A DNA stretch of 64,000 nt. It comes from Methanobacteriota archaeon. GTDB taxonomy: Archaea; Thermoplasmatota; Poseidoniia; Poseidoniales; Thalassarchaeaceae. A model generated the notes under the pieces. The model was not told the DNA's origin. It worked only from the letters and a program-made list of their open reading frames with translations, and made no database searches. The stretch lies in assembly GCA_002730095.1 (NCBI GenBank), contig PBZE01000044.1, positions 2,904 to 66,903 on the forward strand, in the 5' to 3' direction. Position numbers and translations under genes: made by a program. This document shows positions 53,864 to 61,749 of this stretch, in pieces. Position 1 is the first letter of the stretch. The number at the start of each line of letters is the position of its first letter.

Positions 53864-54394
53864 TCATTTCCTCCTGATGGTGAGGGTAATAATTCCAAGA
53901 ACTACAACCAATCCAATTGGGGCCATGTATGAGTTCCCAACACTTTCAGATTTATCATTATCTTCAACCTCCCCAAATGAGTATCCAGAAGGGGGGCCAG
54001 ACTCATTGTGGACATCTTCTAATAAGATCAAGTTGAGGACATTCCACAGACTCGAATTGGAAAAAATCTCGATTTGATAGTTTCCTGCAGACCAGTTCAG
54101 AGGATCAAGCCAAAGTCTGCATTCATCCTCAGTATTGGATGAGTTCATACTGGTCGTAATACATTCGAACTCAGGATTTCCATCGGAATCAACATCTAAC
54201 ATTATGCTCCTATTATGGCTCGCTACGTTATAGAAAATCAGAGTGTCATTTTGCACCACTTCCGCAGATTCGGGCTGGAGGGCACCCTCTCTCATGATGA
54301 ATGAGAACGAGTTTGCACCATGGGCGGAAACCGTGGGCATGAGAAGAACAATCACTAGAAGAACTGTGATTATTCCCCCTCTAGGAGTTCTCAT
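53864..54394 (-). CDS. Small secreted cupredoxin-like protein with predicted N-terminal His after signal cleavage and a C-terminal TM anchor (paralog of 58198-58794)
   Basis: Signal IITVLLVIVLLMPTVSA then HGANS. LIFYNVASHNRSIMLDVDSDG resembles the first-His strand of cupredoxins. Two Cys (FEC...DEC). C-terminal helix APIGLVVVLGIITLTI then RRK. Confidence 0.6.
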   Translation of the reverse strand: MRTPRGGIITVLLVIVLLMPTVSAHGANSFSFIMREGALQPESAEVVQNDTLIFYNVASHNRSIMLDVDSDGNPEFECITTSMNSSNTEDECRLWLDPLNWSAGNYQIEIFSNSSLWNVLNLILLEDVHNESGPPSGYSFGEVEDNDKSESVGNSYMAPIGLVVVLGIITLTIRRK

Positions 54395-56367
54395 TGGTCA
54401 CTAGCCTCCGCTGTCCATAGTGGTGGATAATCGTACCTAGAGTCGCGATCTTCATCAAACTGAACTACATACACTCCAGAGACCATCTCTGAGATGAAGA
54501 CGAAACCTCTGGGGTCATATTGTAGCCCCCAGTCAAAAGGTATCATGCAAGACGCCCAACAATCGGCCATGTCATACCCCAGTTCAGTCGTGGGGTCCTC
54601 GATCCAATACGGTCCTGCTGGCAAGTAATAACCCAATGTGTGTGAAGGCGCCAATTCAGAGATTGCCTGGAAACCCCTCTCTGGTTCTGGAACGCCATTC
54701 TCCCAGACCAACTCGTCCCAGATGTGGCCATGGTCTGTAATCCAAACTCCAGCATGATAATGGGTCCAGTAGACATGCCCACTCAGTCCAGTATCGCCAT
54801 TGTGGGGGCTGAAAATATACCCTCCTGGGATGTAGTGATGAGGGTGTGAAGTTCCATCTGGCAGGGTACTCTCGCCTGGTAGCTTCCATTTGGAAACAAG
54901 GAAAGGCTGAGTTGGGTCAGTAGTATCGATAGTCCACAAATATCCAGTGTGATTGGTATTGGAGCCGTACTCCGGGGCGATGTAGGTGTAATGCCTCCAA
55001 TTGACGCCATATGTGGCATCAGAAGGTCCTATACCGCATTGTTCAGGCCATGTTTCAACTGGATCATACTCACTTATGCCGGAGCAAATCAGGTTATCTT
55101 GGGGGACCGCGTAGTGAATGTTGTCATTACCATCATTTGCATCTAGCCACACCTCAGGCGCCATGTTTGCATGACCTCCTCCCTCTGGGCCGTACCATCC
55201 GGAGTCATCCGTTGGGCACCCAAGCCATCTGCTAGTTTCAGGTGGCCATGAAATCCCCAGTGGGTCAGCAATTTGGGGCGGTTCGGAAACATCGACAAGC
55301 CTAAGTCCAGCGCCCCAGTATGACACTGCCAACAATTTTTGTTTGGTAATTGGATGGATGAAGAAAACATTGTCATGATTGAAAATGGACCCCCCACAGG
55401 TTGTCTGAGGCTCTGGCGTATACCCTCCCCAACGTATTATCTCCCTACTTGCGTTTTGTTGTTCTTCGTTGTTTGTAGGATTGAGTCCAGCGAAGTCTAT
55501 CAAGGCATAGAAAATCTGTGTTCCTTTGTAGAATGTCCCACTCGATCCTTCTACCATCTCTGGATAGGGGTCGGCACCGAACAGGAAGAGGTGACAGTCA
55601 TCTTGCCAAATTGCCGTTGGATTTGCTGGCGTCCAGTCGCAATATACATGCAAATCCTGATTGTGGAATCCAGCGGGCGGGTTATCCCATTCTGCGACCT
55701 TTATTGGGCTAGTCTTGTCCCCGACATATATCAGGTCTAGTCGATTTGCACCACTGTTGGCGTCATCATCATTGGGTATGGGGTCCAACTCAGAATTTGT
55801 CAGCTCATGATTCACCAAAACCCAGTTGTTATCAGCTGTGACTTTGATGTCTATCATTCTGGCAATTTCCGCGTAATATGTCGACAATAGCCTAATTTCG
55901 TTCGGCTTGCTGATATCCAGAATTTCGAATTGATTGTACGATGAGACGTAGGCGAAACATCCTCCCGTGCCGTCCCCATAAATCTCACAGTCATCTAGAA
56001 AGTTACCTTCTATGGCTATCTCCGAATTATCCCCGGGGGTTGGGCCGACATTCTTGAATTCATCAAGACATGGCCTACCCGCAACATTGTCTAGGTCTGC
56101 CGGCGGCTTAACATTGCCATCACAGTTCAAGTTGTGATAGTCAATCAGCTTGGCATTAGGCGTGGAAAGTCGATGTGCAAGCAAATCATTGTGTGAGTGA
56201 TTCCCATCCTCTATTTCTGTGACAGGATCTATCCACCAATCTTCTCCATCATCTCCTCCAGAGCCATCCGAGGAAGACAAGCAACCAGATAGTGGGGCCA
56301 AAATCATCAAGGAGGTCAATATCCATACCGGACGCACAAACATGAGCCTGCGGACTAAAGGAGACAT
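54391..56367 (-). CDS. Secreted LVIVD-repeat-type beta-propeller protein, histidine-rich (paralog A); lipobox LSGC
   Basis: Repeated strand motifs FEILDISKPNE, GLRLVDVSEPP, GVWITD and GVYVVQFD. Many conserved His are shared with paralog B. The start is set at ATG 56367, giving the signal MSPLVRRLMFVRPVWILTSLMILAPLSGC. Confidence 0.7.
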   Translation of the reverse strand: MSPLVRRLMFVRPVWILTSLMILAPLSGCLSSSDGSGGDDGEDWWIDPVTEIEDGNHSHNDLLAHRLSTPNAKLIDYHNLNCDGNVKPPADLDNVAGRPCLDEFKNVGPTPGDNSEIAIEGNFLDDCEIYGDGTGGCFAYVSSYNQFEILDISKPNEIRLLSTYYAEIARMIDIKVTADNNWVLVNHELTNSELDPIPNDDDANSGANRLDLIYVGDKTSPIKVAEWDNPPAGFHNQDLHVYCDWTPANPTAIWQDDCHLFLFGADPYPEMVEGSSGTFYKGTQIFYALIDFAGLNPTNNEEQQNASREIIRWGGYTPEPQTTCGGSIFNHDNVFFIHPITKQKLLAVSYWGAGLRLVDVSEPPQIADPLGISWPPETSRWLGCPTDDSGWYGPEGGGHANMAPEVWLDANDGNDNIHYAVPQDNLICSGISEYDPVETWPEQCGIGPSDATYGVNWRHYTYIAPEYGSNTNHTGYLWTIDTTDPTQPFLVSKWKLPGESTLPDGTSHPHHYIPGGYIFSPHNGDTGLSGHVYWTHYHAGVWITDHGHIWDELVWENGVPEPERGFQAISELAPSHTLGYYLPAGPYWIEDPTTELGYDMADCWASCMIPFDWGLQYDPRGFVFISEMVSGVYVVQFDEDRDSRYDYPPLWTAEASDQ

Positions 56368-56407
56368 ATCAAATTCCCGCTGTAGCGTTCGGCCCCTAAG
56401 GGGCCGA

Positions 56408-58144
56408 TCAAACCGAACCATAGGGCGCATCTATGTCCAGCTGAACAATGTACAATCCACTTGTGATGCACGAGAGATAGGTGTACCCATTATGATATTC
56501 CGCTGCCCATAGAAAAGGAGTCCAGCCGAAGTCATAAAATGAACTGTCGAGGGGAGTTCCATCCGCCCCATGTGGAAGGTGATATCCTATTGTAGACAGG
56601 CTATGGGCGTCAGTCTTGTTCCCTCCGGTCAAACCCTCGACCATCAAAGTCTCAATATCAATTACCCAGAGTCCGGCGTGATAACTGCTAAGGTAGATCC
56701 TACCGTCCCATGCCCCTCCGAAACTATTGTCTGGAAGTCCCGGGAGGCCAGTTTGGAAGATTTGAGTGTCAGCATTATGGGGGCTGAAAAGTAACCACTC
56801 CTCTCCTTCAGGGATGTGATGGTCCATTGCGAAAGGAATCTCCCAACCGTGAATTAACCGAGGAAGAAAGCGGAAATTTCCATTATTCATCTCATACGAA
56901 GTAGTATCTAATAGGTAACTCATACCTGTACCGACAGTCGTACTAAGTACTTCTGTGGCAACAATAGTGAGGTGCATTTTGCCTGTTGGATAGCCCAAAT
57001 GACTTGCATCGACCATATCGTCAATCGGTTCAGCGTAGTGAATGTATGAAGCACGTCCCCCATTCTCGTTACTAGTACAGCCACAGTCAATCTCGCCATC
57101 CCCGTCAAAATCCTCGAACTCCATCCATTGGCCCACTTCTGGTGCCCTCCAATTACAACCCAATTGCGTACCAAAAGATCCTCTACAAGCAGCAGCAATG
57201 GCTAGATATTCTGCCATGTCATTTCCAGGATGAGGGACGTCGGATACATCGAAAATCCTCAATCCTGCTTCCCAATAAGCACCGTAAACAAACGTCCTTC
57301 CAAATCTAGGGTCATTGGAATCCTCTCCCGGCCAAGTTTGAACCGTCATGTCATGTATGTATATCCATCCCCCAAGCGTCGACTCCCAGCTAACTTCGGC
57401 CTCTCCAACTTTCACTATTCTGGGGAGGTCCCCATATCCAGCGAAGTTTAGGTGGGCAACTGTTATTCCCCCGCATGCATCACCTTGCCCGACATCGCAT
57501 TGTTCGTAATCAGGGTTGGCCACGAAGATGTACCACTCGTTATCTATCATGTGTGTGTAGAGATTATGCGGGCCACTCGGGTGATCCGCGTCATACCAAG
57601 AATCAACCCAGCTCGGATTAGACTTGTCAGTAACATCAACTAGTGTCACGGTAACTTGTGCTGGGTCTTCCCATGAGCCCACATTGGGGTCCGCTGCTCC
57701 AGGGTCGACTAATTGATTCTGTACAATCACGTACTCCCTAGCATTGTATTGAAGATACTTCACATCCAAAACCTGTGTGTTGGGGTCATAATATACCCCT
57801 GTCACAGTTGTATTTTCAGGATTGGTGACGTCGACAATGTGCATTTCAGACCATCCAGCAATGTAGGCATAGGTCTTACCATCCGGCGAATCGGCTACTT
57901 GGACTTCAGCATTTCCCGGCGCGGTTAGGGGGTTGTAACTGATTGGAGCGATATTCTCTGTAAACAAGACATGCTGACTTGCATTTCTGTGGTCATGCCC
58001 TTCTGTCTGGATCAAAGGATCGACCAAAGATTCGGATTCCATGTCATTATCTAGTTCATCATTGAATAATAGAAAAGATGTTGAAATTGCAACTGCGATA
58101 CATGCGAACAACCCAGCCGCAACTAATGATCTTTCCAGGCCCAC
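56408..58144 (-). CDS. Membrane-anchored LVIVD-repeat-type beta-propeller protein, histidine-rich (paralog B)
   Basis: N-terminal anchor LVAAGLFACIAVAISTSFLLF. Strand motifs MHIVDVTNPEN, GLRIFDVSDVP, GLWVIDIE and GLYIVQLD. GTG start. Confidence 0.7.
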   Translation of the reverse strand: MGLERSLVAAGLFACIAVAISTSFLLFNDELDNDMESESLVDPLIQTEGHDHRNASQHVLFTENIAPISYNPLTAPGNAEVQVADSPDGKTYAYIAGWSEMHIVDVTNPENTTVTGVYYDPNTQVLDVKYLQYNAREYVIVQNQLVDPGAADPNVGSWEDPAQVTVTLVDVTDKSNPSWVDSWYDADHPSGPHNLYTHMIDNEWYIFVANPDYEQCDVGQGDACGGITVAHLNFAGYGDLPRIVKVGEAEVSWESTLGGWIYIHDMTVQTWPGEDSNDPRFGRTFVYGAYWEAGLRIFDVSDVPHPGNDMAEYLAIAAACRGSFGTQLGCNWRAPEVGQWMEFEDFDGDGEIDCGCTSNENGGRASYIHYAEPIDDMVDASHLGYPTGKMHLTIVATEVLSTTVGTGMSYLLDTTSYEMNNGNFRFLPRLIHGWEIPFAMDHHIPEGEEWLLFSPHNADTQIFQTGLPGLPDNSFGGAWDGRIYLSSYHAGLWVIDIETLMVEGLTGGNKTDAHSLSTIGYHLPHGADGTPLDSSFYDFGWTPFLWAAEYHNGYTYLSCITSGLYIVQLDIDAPYGSV

Positions 58145-58197
58145 GGGCTTCGGAAGGAGCAGGTCATGTTGAAGTCATCGCCCCTGCACGCAGGTCC

Positions 58198-58794
58198 ATG
58201 CGCGGAGCCGCGGTAGCCACACTAGCATTCTTGGTGATTCTAGCTATGCCCTTTGTGTCAGCACACGAACCCAAAGAATACACGGTTCTGTTGAAAGACG
58301 ATGGGCCGACCCCCAATGGAATTTCCTCAGGGATTTTAGTTTCATCAGATTCTCTCTTCTTCTATAACGTCGATAAGAGAGAAAATGTGACACATAGGAT
58401 CCTCATTGATGTTGAAGGAGACGGAGATTTCCAAGGCTTGGACGATATTTCAACTCCTTGGCTTAGTGGCGAATGCCAACTCAATGAGACAGGAGACAGG
58501 GTCGATCCCGATTGTCAAGTAACCAACCTACTATTGCTCGACCCATCTAATGGCTTGCTGCCTTCAAATATTTCAATGATCCATCAGATTGATGTCAATG
58601 GCACTATCGAGGAGTTTCTCTTTTCAGTCTCTTTCTCAGAAGACACTCACTCAGAGGATCAAGATTTACCAACCGGTCCATCTGAGCAAAGCGATGCAAA
58701 ACAAGATGGTGAAGATTTGCTGAAAACCTTACTGTTGCTGTCATTAGTAGGCATGTTAGTGCTTATTCCAAGATTCCTAGCTAGTGATAGCTGA
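58198..58794 (+). CDS. Small secreted cupredoxin-like protein with predicted N-terminal His and a C-terminal TM anchor (paralog of 53864-54394)
   Basis: Signal AAVATLAFLVILAMPFVSA then HEPKE. LFFYNVDKRENVTHRILIDVEGDG. Two Cys (GEC...PDC). Acidic linker. C-terminal helix LLLLSLVGMLVLI. Divergent from paralog B with a 53-nt spacer. Confidence 0.6.
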   Translation: MRGAAVATLAFLVILAMPFVSAHEPKEYTVLLKDDGPTPNGISSGILVSSDSLFFYNVDKRENVTHRILIDVEGDGDFQGLDDISTPWLSGECQLNETGDRVDPDCQVTNLLLLDPSNGLLPSNISMIHQIDVNGTIEEFLFSVSFSEDTHSEDQDLPTGPSEQSDAKQDGEDLLKTLLLLSLVGMLVLIPRFLASDS

Positions 58795-58847
58795 TGGCCC
58801 TACTCAACGGTTGACCTCAATAACCCCTAGCCCTCCCGGGGGGTTAG

Positions 58848-58924
58848 GGGCGCTTAGCTCAGCTTGGAAGAGCGCCTGGTTTGCAACCAGGCGGCCGGGG
58901 GTTCAAATCCCCCAGCGTCCACCA
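58848..58924 (+). tRNA. tRNA-Ala (anticodon TGC), CCA encoded
   Basis: Acceptor GGGCGCT/AGCGTCC includes the G3:U70 Ala identity pair. Anticodon stem CCTGG/CCAGG with loop TTTGCAA. T arm GGGGG-TTCAAAT-CCCCC. Confidence 0.9.
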
Positions 58925-58958
58925 TACAACTAAGTCAGAAGAATCATTATTCTATACT

Positions 58959-59783
58959 TCAATCGCCCTTCTTTCTTGCAATTTTCACGAGCTCAACAAT
59001 TTCCTTTCTCGCTTCATCACTATCCGATACTTCAGTTTTGAAAGCGATCCTAATGGGCCTCGGACCATTTTCGGTCATTGCGGACATTTCCATCCCATAT
59101 CTGTCAATACCAGTCATAGTCGCCCCAGTCGTATCTTTCGCCTTACTCATTTCCTTACATATTATGACCATTGCATCCTCATGATCTTCATTCATGTGTT
59201 CGATAATTCCGTCCGAGAAGGGCATCAATGGATCTGGCTCAGATGACCGCCAATCATTCTCTCCAACCCATGACATTCTCCCGAATCCACCAATATATCT
59301 TACAGATTTCACTTCCAATCTAAAAAAATGAAAATCACCAAAATCAGCATAGAATTTTGCATTTTCATGCTTTCCAATGAATATATCTCGCACTCTCTTT
59401 TTCTCACCATCAGGAACGATCTTGCAATCACCAATCAATGTCACTCTACCAAGCGCCAATGGGTTTTCGTCACCGCCTTCAGCAACTAGAAGTGAGGCTT
59501 TGGATTCTTTCATCAGATTTTTTGTATGCTCAGCTAATCCGCTAATTAGGAATATCGGATCGCCCGAATCTAGCGCGTAGGTTACGAATGAGCCATATGG
59601 ATATCCTTTGCCATCGGAGGAAATCGTGCATAATGTCGCAGTCCCAATTTTCTCGGCCAATGTCCTCGCCTGCTCAGCATGTGAGGATGTCGGAACATTC
59701 GGATCATACAATAGATCCTGCCTCTGTGAAGGGGTGCCCTTAGGAAGCTGATGTCGGGAGGGGGAATTATCTTCCATTGGCAT
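58959..59783 (-). CDS. PNPOx-like split-barrel plus DUF2470 protein (HugZ/HOZ-like putative heme-binding or heme-degrading protein)
   Basis: The N-terminal ARTLAEKIGTATLCTISSDGKGYPYGSFVTYALD..GDPIFLISGLAEHTKNL is a pyridoxamine-phosphate-oxidase-like FMN/heme barrel. The C-terminal IIEHMNEDHEDAM...GIDRYGMEM...IRIAF matches DUF2470. Confidence 0.65.
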   Translation of the reverse strand: MPMEDNSPSRHQLPKGTPSQRQDLLYDPNVPTSSHAEQARTLAEKIGTATLCTISSDGKGYPYGSFVTYALDSGDPIFLISGLAEHTKNLMKESKASLLVAEGGDENPLALGRVTLIGDCKIVPDGEKKRVRDIFIGKHENAKFYADFGDFHFFRLEVKSVRYIGGFGRMSWVGENDWRSSEPDPLMPFSDGIIEHMNEDHEDAMVIICKEMSKAKDTTGATMTGIDRYGMEMSAMTENGPRPIRIAFKTEVSDSDEARKEIVELVKIARKKGD

Positions 59784-59853
59784 CTATATCGCCCTCTCCA
59801 TACGTTTCTCATTATCGCCTACTATCTTTCTCTCATATCCAAACATTTTCTCA

Positions 59854-60642
59854 CTAATCCTTTGTAATTTCATCATTAATGAATATCCTGAGTATTCCAT
59901 CCTCGTCCACCACTTGCCTACTAGTTACCTCAAATACTAACTCAATATTTTCTGGAGTTAGCACATCTGATGGTTTACCATTGGAGACTATCTTTCCTTC
60001 GTGTAAAAGAATTATTCTATCTGAAAACCTCGAAGCTACATTAATATCATGTATTGCTATTAGAGCAGCCTTCCCATTTTCTTCAGAAACTATCTTTCTC
60101 AGCTCCTTCATGACTTCTATCTGATTTTTTAAATCAAGGTCACTAGTAGGCTCGTCGAACAAGAAAATATTAGGCTCCTGAGCTACGGCCTTCGCTATTA
60201 TTACTCTCTGCCTTTCGCCTCCTGAAAGCCTGTCAAATCTCCTAAACGCAAAATCAGTCAATCGCATTTTTTCAATGGTTTTACTCACTATCTTACGGTC
60301 TAACTCGCCCACGGACCAATTAATGTATGGCCTCCTGCCAAGAAGTATTACATCGAATACGTCCATAGAGAAGTTACTGGTTATTGATTGTGGGACGTAT
60401 GACATTTTCTTAGAAGTGGCAATGAGGCCTATTTCTCTTATATCCTCTCCATGAATCATAATCTTCCCTTGATCTGGTTCGAGAATCTTGTTCAGACACT
60501 TCAATAAGGTGGATTTACCCGCTCCATTCTTTCCCAAGATGGAAACTATCTCATTTTCCCTTAGAACAAAATCTACAGAATCAATAACCAAGTTATCGCC
60601 CCAACTGAATTTCAAATCCTCCACCTTCATGATTTCGCTCAT
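59854..60642 (-). CDS. ABC transporter ATP-binding protein, iron-complex/hemin/cobalamin (FepC/HmuV/BtuD) type
   Basis: Walker A GKNGAGKST, signature LSGGERQRV, Walker B IFLFDEPTSDLD, and IHDIN (H-loop). Confidence 0.85.
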   Translation of the reverse strand: MSEIMKVEDLKFSWGDNLVIDSVDFVLRENEIVSILGKNGAGKSTLLKCLNKILEPDQGKIMIHGEDIREIGLIATSKKMSYVPQSITSNFSMDVFDVILLGRRPYINWSVGELDRKIVSKTIEKMRLTDFAFRRFDRLSGGERQRVIIAKAVAQEPNIFLFDEPTSDLDLKNQIEVMKELRKIVSEENGKAALIAIHDINVASRFSDRIILLHEGKIVSNGKPSDVLTPENIELVFEVTSRQVVDEDGILRIFINDEITKD

Positions 60643-61745
60643 CAGTGGCCCCCCCTATTAGTTAGCAGCAGATAGATGAAAAGTGGCCCTCCTACAACTG
60701 AAAGCATCAATCCAACTGGGAGGACCACAGGTGCTATGATGGTCCTCCCGATGGTATCGGCTATCAGCATCAATAAGGCACCAAAAATAGCCGAGCAAGG
60801 TATTAACTTACGGTAATCATTTCCTATGATCAGTCTACTCATGTGAGGGGCAGCAAGTCCAACAAATCCAATCATCCCAGTGAAGGAGATAATCAAAGCG
60901 GTAAGTAGTGAGGAAAGTACGAGTATTTTTTTCCGCGTGTCAACAGGATCCACTCCCGTTGAAATTGCAAACTCATCTCCGCCTATTGATAGTGAGTTAA
61001 GATCCCATGACCATTCGAGAGCTTTAGGAACTAGAAATATGACTACTCCTCCGATTAGCCAAACTTCACGCGAGTCTACTCTGGCCAAGCTACCAAATGA
61101 CCAATGAGTCAATTGGGAGAGCTCTTCCGCAGTAGCAAAGTATACCATGGTCTGAACTATTGCTCCTGCAATGAATGTAATGGCGATACCAACAAGAATA
61201 TACGACTCCGCAGTAACTCCTCTTACGCTACCAAGTTTGATTATTATGTAAACGACAAATAGCGCGAAAAAGAACGCATTCAAGACCAGATCAGAACCTA
61301 CAAACGAAATTACCGGTATGGCCGGGATGATCTCTGTAACTACTGACCAGAGGACTGCTAATAACTCACTTACAAATGTCAAATCGAGGAAAATAGCGAA
61401 AGCTGCCCCCAACGCTGCGCCCGAGGCCACTCCCAGTGTCAGGGGAGATACTAGTGGATTTCCCAGCGCGCCTTGCATCAGGGCCCCAGCTACAGCTAAT
61501 CCGATTCCAGCTATGATTGCAAAAACTACTCTCGGAACTCTATACTCCCATAGGATCAGCCTCTGAATTTCACTCCCTTCTTCTATCTGAAGTAAAATCT
61601 TGGCCGTAGTGAGCATGTCAAGGTTGACTGAGGACCCCTGTCCCAATGCGAAAATCGCGATTACGATGGTGCATAATCCGAGAAGGAGAATTTTGACAAC
61701 GTGGTCACGGTTCTTATCCTCGTATTTACTTGATAGTGAATCCAT
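60642..61745 (-). CDS. FecCD-family ABC permease (iron-complex/hemin/cobalamin type)
   Basis: About 10 TM helices with RVVFAIIAGIGLAVAGALMQG..GNPLVSPLTLGVASGA and the C-terminal GRTIIAPVVLPVGLMLSVVGGPLFIYLL, typical of the BtuC/HmuU fold. Start at ATG 61745 (alternative 61787). Confidence 0.85.
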   Translation of the reverse strand: MDSLSSKYEDKNRDHVVKILLLGLCTIVIAIFALGQGSSVNLDMLTTAKILLQIEEGSEIQRLILWEYRVPRVVFAIIAGIGLAVAGALMQGALGNPLVSPLTLGVASGAALGAAFAIFLDLTFVSELLAVLWSVVTEIIPAIPVISFVGSDLVLNAFFFALFVVYIIIKLGSVRGVTAESYILVGIAITFIAGAIVQTMVYFATAEELSQLTHWSFGSLARVDSREVWLIGGVVIFLVPKALEWSWDLNSLSIGGDEFAISTGVDPVDTRKKILVLSSLLTALIISFTGMIGFVGLAAPHMSRLIIGNDYRKLIPCSAIFGALLMLIADTIGRTIIAPVVLPVGLMLSVVGGPLFIYLLLTNRGGH

Positions 61746-61749
61746 TATT

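Noticed and set aside
54391-58144. Calling the His-rich propellers nitrous-oxide reductase (NosZ) or SBP56 methanethiol oxidase homologs
   Set aside because: There is no CuA cupredoxin domain, no matching order of the NosZ His motifs, and no recognisable SBP56 signature. The resemblance is limited to propeller-type strand motifs and His richness, so these enzymes are cited only as functional precedents.
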